Program-made: the position numbers and the translations under genes
The notes under the pieces: model-generated
Told to the model about the DNA's origin: nothing
The model's database searches: none
Seen by the model: the letters and a program-made list of their open reading frames with translations, nothing else
Assembly (NCBI GenBank): GCA_030390025.1
Contig: CM059425.1
Span: forward strand, 163,620,001-163,684,000
DNA length: 64,000 nt
Direction of reading: 5' to 3'
From: Squalus acanthias
Taxonomy: Eukaryota
Shown: positions 24,961 to 39,449 of the stretch, in pieces
Layout of the letters: each line of letters begins with the position of its first letter
How positions within the stretch are numbered: the stretch's first letter is position 1

Positions 24961-27782
24961 GCGTCAAAATTGGGAGAGCTGTCCCACAGACTAGTCAAGC
25001 AACAGCCGGACAGTCACACTCACAGAATCATACCTTTCAGCCAATGTCCCAAACTCCTCCATCACCATCTCTGGGAATGTCCTGTCCCACCGGCAGGACA
25101 GACCCACCAGGGGTGGCGGCACAGTGGTATACAGTCAGGAAGGAGTGGCCCTGGGAGTCGTGAACATTGACTCCGAACCCCATGAAGTCTCATGGCTTCA
25201 GGACAAGCATGGGCAAGGAAACCTCCTGTTGGTTACCAGCTAGCACCCTCACTCAGCTGATGACTCAGTGCTCCTCCATGTCGAACACCACTTGGAACAG
25301 CACAGAGTAGCAAGGGCACAGAATGCACTCTGGGTGGGGGACTTTAATGTCCATCACCAAGAGTGGTTCGGTAGCACCACTACTGACCGAGCCCTAAAGG
25401 ACATAGCTGCCAGTCTGGGTCTGCGACAGGTGGCGAGAGAACCAACACGAGGGAAAAACCTACTTGACCTCGTCCTCACCAATCTACCTGTCACAGATAC
25501 ATCTGTCCATGACAGTATTGGCAGCAGTGACCACCGCACAGTCAGTCATTGTGGAGACGAAGTCCCGTCTTCACACCAAGGACACCCTCCATTATGTGTT
25601 TTGGCACTACCACTGTGCTAAATGGGATAGATTCAGAACAGATCTAGAAGCTCATAACTGGGCATCCATGAGGCGCTGTGGGCCATCATCAGCAGCAGAA
25701 TTGCATTCCACCATAATCTGTAACCTCATGGCCTGGCATATCCCTCACTTTACCATTACCATCAAGCCAGGGATCCAACCCTGGTTCAATAAGGAGTGTA
25801 GAAGAGCATGCCAGGAGCAGTACCAGGCATACCTAAAAATGAAGTGCCAACCTGGGGAAGCTGCAACACAGGACTACATGCATGCTAAAAAGCAGAAGCA
25901 GCATGCTATAGACAGGGCTAGGCGATCCCACAATCAACGGATCAGATCAAAGTTCTGCAGTCCTGCCACATCCAGTCGTGAATGGTGGTAGACCATTAAA
26001 CAACTAACGGAAGGAGGAGGCGGCTCCATGAATATCCCCATCTTCAATGATGGTGGAGCCCAGCACGTGAGTGCAAAAGACAAGGCTGAAGCGTTTGCAA
26101 CCAAGTTCAGCCAGAAGTGTCGAGTGGATGATCCATATCTGCCTATTCCGGAGGTCCCCACCATCACAGAAGCCAGTCTTCAGCCAATTTGATTCACTCC
26201 ACGTGATATCAAGAAACGGCTGAGCGCACTGGATACAGCAAAGGCTATTGTGCTGAAGACTTGTGCTCCAGAAATAGCCGGGCCTCTAGCCAAGCTGTTC
26301 CAGTACAGCTACCAGACAATGTGGAAAACTGCCCAGGTATGTCCTGTCCACAAAAAGCAGGACAAATCCAATCCGGCCAATTAGCGCCCCATCAGTCTAC
26401 TCTCAATCATCAGCAGTGATGGAAGGTGTCATCAACAGTGCTATCAAGCGGCACTTACTCACCAATAACCTGCTCACTAATGCCCAGTTTGGGTTCCGCC
26501 AAGACCACTCGGCTCCCGACCTCATTACAGCCTTGGTCCAAACATGGACAAAGGAGCTGAATTCCAGAGGTGAGGGGAGAGTGACTGCCCTTGACATCAA
26601 GGCAGCATTTGACCGAGTGTGGCATGAAGGAGCCCTAGTAAAACTGAAGTCAATGGGAATCGGGGGTGGGGGGGGGGCGGGGGAGGAGAAAGAGAGAAGG
26701 ACTCTCCACTGGCTGGAGTCATACCTAGCACAAAGTCAGATGGCTGTGGTGGTTGAAGGTCAAATCATCACAGCCCCAGGACATCGCTGCAGGGGTTCCT
26801 CAGTGCAGTGTTCCAGGCCCAACCATCTTCAGCTGCTTCATCAATGACCTTCCCTCCAACATAAGGTCAGAAATGGGGATGTTCGCTGATGACTGCACAG
26901 TGTTCAGTGCCATTCACAACTCCTCAGATAATGAAGCAGTCCATGCCCGCATGCAGCAAGACCTGGACAACATTCAGGCTTGGGCTGATAAGTGGCAGGT
27001 AACATTCGCGCCACACAAGTGCCAAGCAATGACTATCTCCAACAAGTGAGAGTCTAACCACCGCCCCTTGACATTCAACGGCATTACCATCACTGAATCC
27101 CCCACCAACATCATCCTGGGAGTCACCATTGACCAGAAACTTAACTGGACCAGCCACATAAATATTGTGGCAACAAGAGCAGGTCAGAGGCTAGGTATTC
27201 TGCAGCAAGTGTCTCACCTCCTGACTCCTCAAAGCCTTTCCACCGTCTACAAGGCACAAGTAAGGAGTGTGACGGATTACTCTCCACTTGCCTGGATGAG
27301 TGCAGCCCCAACAACACAAGATGCTCGACACCATCCAGGACAAAGCAGCCCGCTTGATTGGCACCCCATCCACCACCATAAACATGCACTCCCTCCACCA
27401 CTGGCATACTGTAGCTGCAGTGTGTACCATCTACAAGATGCACTGCAGCAACTCACCGAGGCTCCTTCGGCAGCACCTCCCAAACCCGCGACCTCTTCCA
27501 CCTAGAAGGACAAGGGCAGCAGGCACATGGGAACACCACCACCTCCAAGTTCCCCTCCAAGTCACACACCATCCTGACTTAGAAGTAGATCGCTGATCCT
27601 TCATAGTCACTGGGTCAAAATCCTGGAACTCCCTACCTAACAGCACTATGGGAGTACCTTCACCACACGGACTGTAGCGGTTCAAAGCGGCGGCTCACCA
27701 CCACATTCTCAAGGGTAATTAGGGATGGGCAATAAATGCTGGCTTTGCCAGCGACGCCCACATCCCATAAACAAAAAAAAAA
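24961..27782 (+). mobile_element. CR1-group LINE family B, most of ORF2 (APE endonuclease plus RT) and 3' tail, frameshifted
   Basis: WVGDFNVHH, LLDLVLTN, SSDH, ALDIKAAFDRVWH, MFADDC; tail GGGCAATAAATGCTGG...CCCACATCCCAT followed by poly(A). Confidence 0.9.
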
Positions 27783-27784
27783 TG

Positions 27785-28165
27785 ATGGGGCAATACGATA
27801 GATGTGATAATAATGAAGAAAAGATGGGATAGGACTGATCGAAGCCGATTGTTTCCAGCAGTTGAAGGGTCGAGAACAAGGGACCATAGAGACGAGATTG
27901 AATGCAAGAGATTTAGAACAGAGAACACGAGAAACTTCTTTATATAGAGTTGTGGTTCTGTGGAATTCACCTCCAGGGTTGGTGATTGAGGCAGAAACTA
28001 TGCCAACATTCAAGATTAGATTGGATAGGTGGATATAGGGAAAGGGGATGAAGGGATATGGGAACAGGGTGGGCAAATGTGAGTAGTGTATTTGCTCAGG
28101 GAAGGATAAACACCTACACGATGTCAATGAGTGGCGCGTTTCCATGTTGCAACTTCTATGTATTT
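27785..28165 (+). mobile_element. 3' end of the old CR1 that starts at ~23955
   Basis: CR1-type terminal sequence (AGAACAAGGGACCATAG...CTGTGGAATTCAC). Confidence 0.65.
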
Positions 28166-29134
28166 CTATGTTTAATCTGAATCTCAAATACAGATGGGCA
28201 TTGTTATTCATGCTTCCCTGCATCCCATTTATAATATCTCTTTCCTTCCCCCAGAGCATTTACTTGAAGGGTAGCAGTGCATTACAAGCCAGTAATTCAA
28301 TAGAACAATGATAATCTATGAATATTTATAATCAGAACTCATTACTTCTACTGCAAATGCAGTCAGTCATTCAAAGTGAAGATAAATTGTGTTACTGGTA
28401 CTAAAATACCAAATTTCTGGTTGAGTACAACAAAGTAGCCGATATTACTAAGTAGTTTGCTGGCATGATCATAACCTTTGTGAAAAGGACTTCTGCCAGT
28501 ATCTTAATCCTGGTTACACTGAGCACCAGTTTCACTTCGGCACAGATTTCAGAAATTTGAGCCAGTTGTATATTTCTTGGAAGCTTTTCAAAATCATACA
28601 TGTGCACAACCCCAGAATGTGTCTTGCAACACTAAGGAAATTATACAAATCATTTTGCAGTGCATCAGGGGTGTATTAGTCAGCACCAACTTGGCTGGAT
28701 ACTGTTGGGCAAACCTCGTGTTGGTTACTATTCCAGTTTAACCAAGTTTGCAACAAAGATTTAGTTGTTATATGACACATCAGGAATGATGTTTCAAAAC
28801 ATTTCAGGTTAACCAGAGTATAAGGACACTCGTGAATACTTACTAATATACTTTCAAAACTTCAATATATTAATTGCTCAAAATGAGATAACAGATCAAC
28901 CATGATCTAACTGAATACCAGAACAGTTTTGAGGGGCCTACTCCTGTTTCTATGTTCCCAAGTTGTACCCTAGCCACATTATAAAACACAAAAGATGGCT
29001 AGGCTTTTTACCACTGTTCCAGTTTTACAGAAGGTTCAAGTAAAGTTGAAACTTGAGTAATCTTGATAATTCCAGAGAGAATAGTGACTTGCATTCTGTG
29101 ATGTCACACACAAATAAGCCAATGACGCAAGTGC

Positions 29135-30635
29135 CAACTTTGGTTTAGTGGTAGCACTCTCTCTTCCGAGTCAGAAGGTTGTGGGTTCTAGTCCCTCTCC
29201 ATAGGCCTGAGCACATAATCTAGGCTGACACTTCAATTCAGTACGGAGTACTACACTGTCAGAGGTGCCATCTTTCAGGTGAGATATTAAACCAAGGCCG
29301 TGTCCTCTCGGGTGGAAATAAAAAATCCCATAAAAGAAAACAACTTGCATTTATATAGCGTCTTTAACACAGCAAAACTTCCCATGGCGCTTAAACAAAA
29401 GCGTCATCAATAAAAACATTTTTTTGACACCGAGCCACAGAAGATGATATCAGGACAAATGACCAAAAGCTTGGTCAAAGAGGTAGGTTTTAAGGAGCAT
29501 CTTAGAGGTGGAGAGGTTTAGGGAAGGAATTCCATAGCTTAGGGCCAAGGTAGCTGAAAGCACAGCTGCCAATGGTGGAGCGATTAAAAATTGGGGATGT
29601 GCAAGGCACCAGAATTGGAGGAGCGCAGATATCTCAAAGGCTTGTAGGGCTGGAGGTGGTTACAGAAATAGGGAGGAGCAAGGTCATGGAGGGATTTGAA
29701 AACAAGGATGAGGATTTTAAAGTTGAGGTGTTATCGGACCGGGAGCCATTTTAGATCAGCAAGCACGGGGTGATGGGTGAACGAGACTTGATGCGAGTTA
29801 TGATACGGGCAGCAGAGTTTTGGATGAGCACAAGTTTACATAGGGTGGAAGATGGGAGGCCAGCCAGGAGAGCATTGGAGTAGTAAAGTCTAGAGGTAAC
29901 AAAGGCATGGATGAGTGTTTCAACAGATGAGCTGAGGCAGGGTTGGAGTCAGGCGATGTTATGGAGTTGGCAGGCTTGGTGATGGAGTGGATGTGTGGTC
30001 GGAAGCTCTTCTTGGGGTCAAACACCAAGGTTGCGAATGGTCTGGCTCAACTTCAGACAGTTGAAAGGGATGGAAACAGTAGTCAGGGAATGGATTTTGT
30101 GGCGAGGACCAAAGACAATGGCTTCAGTCTTCCCAATATTTAGTTGAACAAAATTTCTGCTCATCCAATATTGGATGTCGGACAAGCAGTGACACAAATT
30201 TAGAGACAGTGGCGGGGTCTAGAGAGGTGGAGGTGAGCTAGAGCACAGTGTCATTAGCGTACATGTGGAACCTGATGTGTTTTTGGATGATGTCGCCAAG
30301 GGGCAGCATGTATGAGAAATAGAAGGGGGCCAAGGCTAGATCCTTGGGGGGTCTCCAGAGGTAACGATACAGAGTGGAAAGAGAAGCCATTGCAGGTGAA
30401 GAGAAGCCATGGCAATATTCGAAGAGCAGAGGGAACCTCCAAGTGTCCTGGTCAATAAGAGATGATCTGATCTGATCATTAATTTCATTTCTGTTTGTGG
30501 AACCTTGCTGTGTGCAAAGGTGCCATGTTTCCCTACATTACAACAATGACTATACTTCAAAAGTACTACATTGGTTGTGAAGTGTTTTGTCATGTCCTGA
30601 GGTTGCAAAAGGTGCTTTCTTTCTATACAAATGTA
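29135..30635 (+). mobile_element. Deu-like tRNA SINE split by an L2 insertion
   Basis: Head at 29135-29332 and tail at ~30405-30635. Confidence 0.7.
29337..30400 (-). mobile_element. L2 LINE 3' fragment
   Basis: Starts with the reverse L2 tail (CAACTTGCATTTATATAGCG); PQGSSLGPLLFLI in ORF 30254..30442. Confidence 0.8.
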
Positions 30636-31243
30636 GAAACTGAGCACAAACAGCTGTTTTACAAAGTCCCATTTCACCTTTTTAAGAAATTATTCAGTAC
30701 TTATTTTGAATACGGTCATTGAATTAGCATCAATCACCATTATGTCAAAGCTTTCCACATTTGATGTGTGGAACCATTTCTTCTAATCTTCCCCTTTATG
30801 TATTTAGTGCTCGTCTTGATATTATCATCTCTTGGGTTCAATTTATCTACTAATGAAAATTATATATTTATGTTTACCTAATTTTCTCAACCAATTTTTC
30901 AAATAACAATTCATCAAACTTTCTGAAACTTCATGTAAACTACATATAGTGTCCCCTTGCCTATACTTTCTCCAAAAAAAAATCAGCCCAGTCAAATGAA
31001 GGAAAACAGAATAAAGATTTGGGAAACTCTTTAAAGAAAAGTATCAAAAATGAAATTTCAGTACACACTATAGAGTGTTTGAAAGTGTAACATTAATAAT
31101 TTTGAATACTTAGTTTTTTTTCCAACTTAAAGAAATCTGTATTTGAACAAATCAAATAACTACCAGTTTACGTAATTCATTTTTTTGGGAGAAGGGAAGG
31201 GTGTAAAAGACAAATGCTAAAAATAATAAGCATGTTTACTCAC

Positions 31244-31310
31244 ATCAAGTAGTCAGGCTTTTTGGTTGGTAATGTAGGATTGCTGGAACCAGTGCACTTC
31301 CTATTCATTC
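31244..31310 (-). CDS. ELL2: ELL2 coding exon (67 nt; exon 9 equivalent)
   Basis: tcttttgcag|(G)MNRKCTGSSNPTLPTKKPDYL(I)|gtgagt; conserved PDYL motif, phases 1/2 fit the flanking exons. Confidence 0.92.
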
Positions 31311-32862
31311 CTGCAAAAGAATAGAGGCTTCTGTATATCTGTTGACATACAGCAGAGGACAGCAGAAGGTACAGAAATAACAGCAAACTTTTGATCTTTG
31401 TCACACTGCAGATAAAACTTGTGGGAAGATTTTAATGCTTTTGCTTCTGTATTACATTTTTCAATGAAATAATGCACTAGTTTTCAACTCTACAGATTAC
31501 AAACAGCAGCAGCCATATGGTCAGCTCAGCCACTACCAATAATGGGCCTCGAGTTCGTAACGGCAATAACTGAATTACCCACACAATAGAGGTCAAAGCA
31601 CTAAGATCTCCACCCAGGGTCAGTCTCCTACTGTTTCCAAATCCTGCAGACAAGGGACCATTCAGGAATTAATTTATTGAAAGCAGCAGATGTGGCTATA
31701 GTGTTGAAGAATGCAATTTTAGGACCTTTCCCACCCTATGTGTTGTGGGAATCAAGAATGACAACACAGCACGGTTATTAACTAAAACTAGGTTAGAGTA
31801 TGCAATTCTCATTCCGACACTGAATTTTCCTTCTGTAGCTGCAAAATCTGAACAGTCTTCAATGTTAGCTGCAGCAACATGTGACAGCAAGCCATGCTGC
31901 AAATTCTGTGCCTTTTTTTGAACCACACTAACAACTTCAAAATTAGTCAATTCAAAATTGTGCATTTTTCAATATTCAAAGCAAATAATAGAAACTTCAG
32001 AGTGGAATATGTTTAATGCTGACATTTTGATTACTGGGCCATTAACAATTAACTATTTTAGTCCTGCATTCAGTTGCCCAAATGTTTTCTCTTTAGCTTT
32101 TATTTAAAATACAGCATAGACAATAGCCTAGGATTACAAGTTATTGTATTTTTACGAGTTTATAACATTCACACACATTTTTAAGAAGTCTTTGCACATT
32201 TTGATTAAACAGCGTTTGTGGGAGGTGTACATAGCTTTCCCAGCATAATTGTGCTTATGCTGGCAATGTGGATTTAAGAGTTAAAGTAACTTATTTTTCA
32301 TTGATCTCTGGGATTCAGAAAGGTTAGGAAATGTGGGGTCCTGCCTACTAGTATTTCTATTGGTTGAGAACACTGTCCAATTACAATTTACTTTCCTGCA
32401 TTTTATAAAAAGAAATTTACACAGAAATTAGTGAAAAAACAGCAGAATTTGATCTATAAATATTATTTAATGGTTAAATAGTTAATAATTTAGACTGTCT
32501 TGAAGCTAGTGAGTATTCAAAATAGTTACAGAAAAAGATTGGTTGATGGCAATAAGTTCAAGAGGTAGATCAGCTACATTTATGTATGCTCAAACACTGA
32601 TGCTTTGGTCCCCAGGAAAACATTTACTCTCTCCCATCCTAGTTGTTCCCACTGGTATGGCCCCCATCTTTGTTCCCTCAGATCCAAGGAATGCAGAGGT
32701 GCACAACTGGTTTAACTATCAATTACCATATTTGGCTGGACCATGTCAAGCAGTTTGCTGGCCACTCACATTCCCCCCCCACCCCCCCCCCAAGCTATCT
32801 GAAATTTTAAATGGTTTCCTCTCAGGTATTGTCCTCTCCCTTGTAAAACAGCCATCATTATT

Positions 32863-33520
32863 AACATAACATAAGAAGCAAGAGCAGGAATAGGCCATAC
32901 GGCCCCTCGAGCCTGCTCTGCCATTCAATATCATGGCTGATCATCGACCTCAACTCCACTTTCCCGCCCGATCGCCATATCCCTTGATTGCCCACGAGTC
33001 TAAAAATCAATCTATCTGAGCCTTGAATATACTCAACGACTCAGCATCCACAACCCCTTGGTGTAGAGAATTCCAAAGATTCACAACCCTCCGAGTGAAG
33101 ATATTCCTCCTCATCTCAGTCTTAAATGGCCGACCCTTTACCCTGAGACTATGCCCCCTGGTTCTAGACTCTCCAGCCAGGGGAAACAAACTCTCAGCAT
33201 CTACCCGGTCAATCCCACTTAGTATCTTATATACTACAGCCACTGGTTCCCCTTTATCTACCCGTATAAAACCGTGTTGACTCTGCCTAACCATTGATTT
33301 TCCCCGTTACCACGCCCTAATAATAGACTCTAGTATTTCCCCTACTATTGAGGTCAGGCTAACTGGCCTGTAAGTTCCCGGTTTTCTCTCTCCCTCCTTT
33401 CTTCAATAGCGGTGTTACATTTGCTACCTTCCAATCCACAGGGACCATTCTAGAATCTAGGAAATTCTGGAAGATCAAAACCAATGCATCAACTATCTGT
33501 GCAGCCACCTGTTTTAACCC
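32863..33520 (-). mobile_element. CR1 LINE with an internal deletion
   Basis: ORF 33007..33294 fuses RQSQHGF..VDKGEPV directly to YKILSGIDRVDAE..SRTRGHSL. Confidence 0.8.
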
Positions 33521-35221
33521 CTAGTCTTTTAGTCCCACGGACATCAGCATTTGGGGGTAGCACATTTGGGGTAGCATTGGAAAGGCAGCCATCTGTCTGG
33601 CAGCACTGAGATGGAGTCTCAGCCTGTCTTTATTTTAAGGGCTCCAAGGATCAGAAAGAAGATGACAGCGTCTGGAAGCATGGTTACAATCTTGGGATTA
33701 AAGAGCACTGGAAATGTAATTTAGGGATTTGTGACCACTGTGGTGCTGGTGGGGCAGGCTGGAGTTTTGGAGTGGGGATAGAAATCTGGAGTGTGGGGGC
33801 CTGGGGTGGCTCAGAGCACAGAGAAGTCAGAATCTAGTATTGGGATGCTGTTGCAATCTGGCAGTATGGGAGGAGAGTCCAGGAAAATGGGACTCAGAAT
33901 ACCCTTGATCGCTTTCAGACCATCAGGTATCCCCCTACCCACCATGTTCCTGCCCGTTATTTCCTGATCAGATTCATCTGCAGCCTCTTTTGTGCCCTCA
34001 GATATCCCTCCTGCACCATTTTCCCCATTAGTCAGTTCCTGCCTTAAAGTATTCAAGGGTAAATTTTCTATTTCAACATTCCAGGAGTAGGCCAGGTTAA
34101 TGGTCAGAAAATCATGGGCTGGGGGTCTGCAATTTTTTGATATGCACTTGCAGCAAACACTAGAAGCAGAAAAGTTCCCTTTTAGTGCAGTGAGTTTGCC
34201 AACTTATTAGGGTCTTTAGTAAGCACAAATTTAAAATGCTCAGTGGTTTATCTTATAGTTTCCAACTTTTATTAAAAAATCCTTAAACCTCAAAAAGTTT
34301 GTTTTTAAACTTAATTTAATTGAAATAAAAAGGAGAGTAAAAAGGAAATACATTCTTGATAAATAATCTTTGTTTTGGTTTTAAATGTCAAAAGAAACAC
34401 ACTCGCTTTGATATATTGAAAAATTCTGCAAACTTCACATGCACAAGAATAAAAACTTTAAGGGAAGCATCAAAAGATATCGAAGACAAATCATTGGGTA
34501 AATTTAATCAGGTTATTGTGAAACACAATTTTGATTTTTGTTTCAAATTTGTACACTGATAATTTTAGTTAGAGAAAGTTGGCAGAGCCCCCCCCACCCC
34601 CCCAAAAAAAGCACTTGAGTGATTAAGTTGGTTCACATTGTCCCCCTTTTAAAAAAAATATATAATTGTTGACCAGTGTGGAGAACTTAAGTGACTGTGA
34701 AAGAGTTTTGCATTATAGCGGTTTTTACAAGTGCCTTCCATTGTAAATTTTAACATAAAAAAGGTTAGAGAATAATGTTTGTGGGCAGGAAGTGCATGCC
34801 ACACAAAATTTCTAATACACAGATACCTCAAGAAATGGGGAGGAAGGGAAGGGAGCAAGTACCCCCTGTAACTAAGCCTCCACTATAATGGAGTAGTTAA
34901 TTTTCCAAATCCTAGGATTAGATTAAGCATGCTGATGTAACAGCACTATGAATATAAAACCCATGTCTTTATTAAACCGATTACCATGCTTTGTCTATGC
35001 CTTCCAACAGCCAAGTGCATCCAAATCAGCTTTTCACTAAAATAAATCATGTTTGCATGCATAAATTAAATAAAAACAAAACCTGAGAGAAATAAGAGGT
35101 AACTTTGAAGCAGATTACTCTTTGCCTCAACCCAGAGCAATGGTTACAACACATGCAGGGATTTATTAAAAAAAGGGAAAAGGAGTAGAATATAAGGAAG
35201 TAATTTAAAAAAAACCTCACT

Positions 35222-36628
35222 TTGGCCTCTAGCCAAGCTGTTCCAGTACAGCTACAACACTGGCATCTACCCGATCATGTGCAAAATTGCCCAGGTATGT
35301 CCTGTCCACAAAAAGCAGGACAAATCCAATCTGGCCAATTACCACCCCATCAGTCTACTCTCAATCATCAGCAAAGTGATGGAAGGGGTCATCGACAGTG
35401 CTATCAAGCGGCACTTACTCACCAATAACCTGCTCACTGATGCCCAGTTTGGGTTCCGCCAGGACCACTCGGCTCCAGACTGCTTTACAGCCTTGGTCCA
35501 AACATGGACAAAAGAGCTGAAGAGAGAGTGACTGCCCTTGACATCAAGGCAGCATTTGACAGAGTGTGGTATCAAGGAGCCCTAGCAAAATTGAAGTTAA
35601 TGGGAATCAGGGGGAAAACCCTCCACTGGCTGGAATCATACCTAGCACAAAGGAAGATGGTTGCGGTTGTTGGAGGCCAAACATCTCAGCTCCTGGAAAT
35701 CACTGCAGGAGTTCCTCAGGGCAGTTTCTTAGGCTCAACCATCTTCAGCTGCTTCAATGACCTTCCCTCCATCATGGGATCAGAAGTGGGGATGTTCGCT
35801 GATGATTGCAGTGTTCAGTTCCATTCGCAACTCCTCAGATAATGAAGCAGTCCGTGCCCACATGCAGCAAGAGCTGGACGACATTCAGGCTTGGGCAGAT
35901 AAGTGGCAAGTAGTATTTGCGCCATACAAATGCCAGGCAATGACTATCTCCAACAAGAGAGTCGAACCACCGCCCCTTGACATTCAACGGGATTACCATC
36001 GACAAATCCCCCATCAACATCCTGGGGGGTCACCATTGACCAGAAACTTAAGTGGACCAGCCACAAATACTGTGGCTACAAGAGGTCAGAGGAGAGTGTC
36101 TCACCCGACTCCCCAAAGCCTTTCCACCAAGGCACAAGTCAGGAGTATGATGGATTACTCTCCACTTGCCTGGATGAGTGCAGCTCCAACAATACACAAG
36201 AAGCTCAACACCATCCAGGACAAAGCAGCCCACTTGATTGGCACCTCATCCACCACCTTAAACATTCACTCCCTCCACCACCGGTGTACCGTGGCTGCAG
36301 CGTGTACCATCTACAAGATGCACTGCAGCAACTCGCCAAGGTTTCTTCGACAGCACCTCTCAAACCCGTGACCTCTACTACCTAGAAAGACAAGGGTAGC
36401 AAGCACATGGAAACACCATCACCTCCAAGTTACAAACCATCTTCACTTGGAAATATATCGCCACTGGGTCAAAATCCTGTAACTCCCTCCCTAATAGCAG
36501 TACCTTCACCACACAGACTGCAGCAGTTCAAGGCAGCAGCTCACCACCATCTTCTCAAGGGCAATTAGGGATGGGCAATAAATGCTGGCCTTGCCAGCGG
36601 CGCCTACATCCCATGAACAAAAAAAAAC
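35222..36628 (+). mobile_element. CR1-group LINE family B, 3' half
   Basis: ORFs 35277, 35504 and 35757 (RT motifs); same tail as ~27720-27780. Confidence 0.88.
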
Positions 36629-36844
36629 TTGGGACTTAGTTGCTTATGAATACCAGGTCTTCCTCTGCATTCCACAATATGTCCTGGAACAATACCTGCT
36701 AATTCATATCTTCTACATTTTTCACAAAATGACATCTCACATTTACATACATTGCAGACACTTAAGTCATAACAAAACTTTGGCGTTTTCCTCTTATTGT
36801 GCTTAAGCCGCTAATATCCAATCATGTCTAACTTCATTGCATAC

Positions 36845-37403
36845 CTGAATCAGAATTGGCATCTTTATCTTTGATGGGTTTTTTTTGTTCCTCAATTTCA
36901 TTTCTGCATTCTCCGCTATCCTCATCATTCTTCTCCTTGCTCTTTTTCTCCTTTTCTCTTTCTTTGTCTTTGTGTTTTTTAGCTTTCTTTTTTGATTTTC
37001 CATGAGAAGAACAGTCTTTGCTGATGACACTTGAGCACTCCAGTTGGTGTGGTGGGCTTTCCACTGTAGTCCTAGAGGTAAGCTTTTCTTGCTGGTCCTC
37101 ATAACCCTCACCAGTTTGACCAACAGAATCAACTGGCAGATCTTGAGTTCCCCTTCCTTCAGGTGTGCACGGGGAATTGGAGTTAGAATTCACAGTGTGA
37201 GCAATAGAAACTGGAAGTAGCACAGGTGGTGGTGCTGGGGGAGGAGGATGAGGAGGAGCAACTGGGGCAGTAACAACAACAATTTTCTCACTGGAGGGAT
37301 TTAAATGACCATTAAGGGTTGGCTGCACACGATTGGTAAGGTGAGATATTCTGGGCTTCTTGCTTGCTAGTGGGTCAATGAAATCTGAAGGCAGAGATCG
37401 CTT
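36845..37403 (-). CDS. ELL2: ELL2 large central exon (559 nt; Pro-rich and Lys-rich regions; exon 8 equivalent)
   Basis: tttttacag|KRSLPSDFIDPLASKKPRISHLTNRVQPTLNGHLNP...NSNSNSPCTPEGRGTQDLPVDS...KSKKKAKKHKDKE...NSDS(G)|gtatgc. PEGRGTQDLPVDS and RISHLTNRV match ELL2 rather than ELL or ELL3. Confidence 0.96.
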
Positions 37404-37860
37404 CTGTAAAAACATTGAAGGTAATATTAAGCTCTGTTCAATAAGGTTTTGAAAAGATAAATGTTTTCGAAGCCGAGTACTGTACCCACCTTCTTGCAAT
37501 TAAATCCAGGTTAGTTACCAAGTATCAAGCTAATTTTCTGAAAATTATGCCACAGCATGCACACTATGCCGCAATTTTCCTTTACCTGCAGACACAAGTT
37601 ACACCTACATCATCAAAATACTATTCGCTGAATGGGTAGTGCAGTGGGCTATTACACTGACCTTTCATGTCTGAGATCGGAGTTTGAATCCAGCCAGGTT
37701 GATGGGATAAAAAATCTGCTAGCTAGGTCACACTAATGTAATAGCTGTTCTTCTGAAATTGAGATTAAAACACATTGCTGGCAGTGTACGACAGAGCCTT
37801 AGTCTCCAATACTGACTGCATACCTGAAGTGGAGAGTTTCAATTGCTGATAAACGTCTTT

Positions 37861-39440
37861 AACAACTTGCATTTACATAGTGCCTTTAACATAGTAAAAC
37901 GTCCCAAGGCGCATCACAGGAACAAAATTTGACAGCCACATAAGGAGATATTAGGATAGGCATGGTCAAAAGGTTTTAAGGAGTGTCTTAAAGGAGGAGA
38001 GGTGTGTAGAAAGGTTTAGGGAGGGAATTCCATAGCTTATGGCCTAGACAGTTGAAGGCATGCTGCCAATGGTGGAGCAAAGAAAATCGAGGATGTGCAA
38101 GAGGCCAGAATTGAAGTGCGGAGATCTTGGAGGGTTGTAGGACTGGAGGAGGTTACAAAGATAGGGAGGGGCGAGTCAGTGGAGGGATTTTAAAAACAAG
38201 GATGAGAATTTTGAAATTGAGGCATTGCTGGACCGGGAGCCAATGTAGGTCAGCGAGCACTGGGGTGATGGGTGAACGGGACTTGGTGCGAGGTAGGATA
38301 TGGAGAGAGTTTTGGATGAGCTCAAGTTTATGGAGGGTGGAAGGGCGGCCAAGAGAGCATTGGAATAGTCGAGCCTAGAGGTAACAAAGGCATGGATGAG
38401 AGTTTCAGTAGCAGATAAACTGGAGCTGAGGCAGAGACCAGCAATGTTATGAAGGTGGAAGTAGACTGTCTTGGTGATGGAAAGGACATTTGTGGGAGGG
38501 GTTGGAAGCTCAGCTCAGGGTCCAGTAGAACACCAAGGTTGCGAACAGTCTGGTTCAACCTCAGACAGTGGCCGGGAGAGGGATGGAGACGGTGACTACG
38601 GAATGGAGTTTGTGGCGAGCACCTTAGGTAATGGCTTTGTCCTTCGAATATAGGAGAAAATTTCTGCTCACCCAATACTAGATGTCGGACAAGCAGCGTG
38701 ACAAATCAGAGACAGTGGAGGGGTCAAGAGAAGTGGTATGAGGTAGAGCTGGGCGTCAATGTACAGGTGGAACTTGACGTGTTTTCAGATGATGTCGCCG
38801 AGGGACAGCATGTAGATGAGAAATAGGAGGGGGCCAAGGATAGATAGATCATTGGGGGACTCGAGGCAACGGTGCAGGAAGAGAAAACATTGCAGGTAAT
38901 TCTCTGGCTATGATTGGATAGATAGGAATGAAACCAAGCGAGGGTAGTCCCACCCAGCTGGGCTACGGTGGAAGGGCGTTGGAGGAGGATGGTGTAGTCA
39001 GGTCGAGAAGGATGAGCAGGGATAGTGTACCATGGTCATTTTCATATAAGATGTCATTTGTGACTTTGATAAGTGCCATTAAAGTCCTGTGGCAGGTGTG
39101 GCAACCTGATTGGATGGGTCAAAAATGGAGTTGCAGGAAAAGTGGGCTCGGATTTGAGAGGCAACAACACGTTCAAGGACTGGAGGAAAGGGTGGTTGGA
39201 GATGGGCGGTAATTTCTAAGGACAGTGTGGGTTTTTTGAGGAGGGTAGTGATGCTGGCAGATTTGAAGAGGGGGGGGGGGGGGGGAAAACAGTATCCGAG
39301 CAGAGGGAAAAGTTAACATTAACCAGCTAGCATGGGAGCCAGGAAGGGTTGTCGGGTGGTCAGCAGTTTGGTGGAAATATGGGTCGAGGGAGCAGGAGGT
39401 GAGTCTCATGTACAAGATGAGCTCGGAGAGGGCATGAGGG
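37861..39440 (-). mobile_element. L2 LINE 3' portion
   Basis: Reverse L2 tail at 37861; LRLNQTVRNLGVLLDPELSF in ORF 38328..38675. Confidence 0.82.
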
Positions 39441-39449
39441 CAGTTAGGA

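Noticed and set aside
36803..37132. 109-aa Lys/Arg-rich ORF
   Set aside because: Alternative frame of the purine-rich ELL2 exon.
37404..37499. N-terminal extension of ORF 36834..37499
   Set aside because: Intronic; ELL2 similarity starts at the AG acceptor at 37404-37405.
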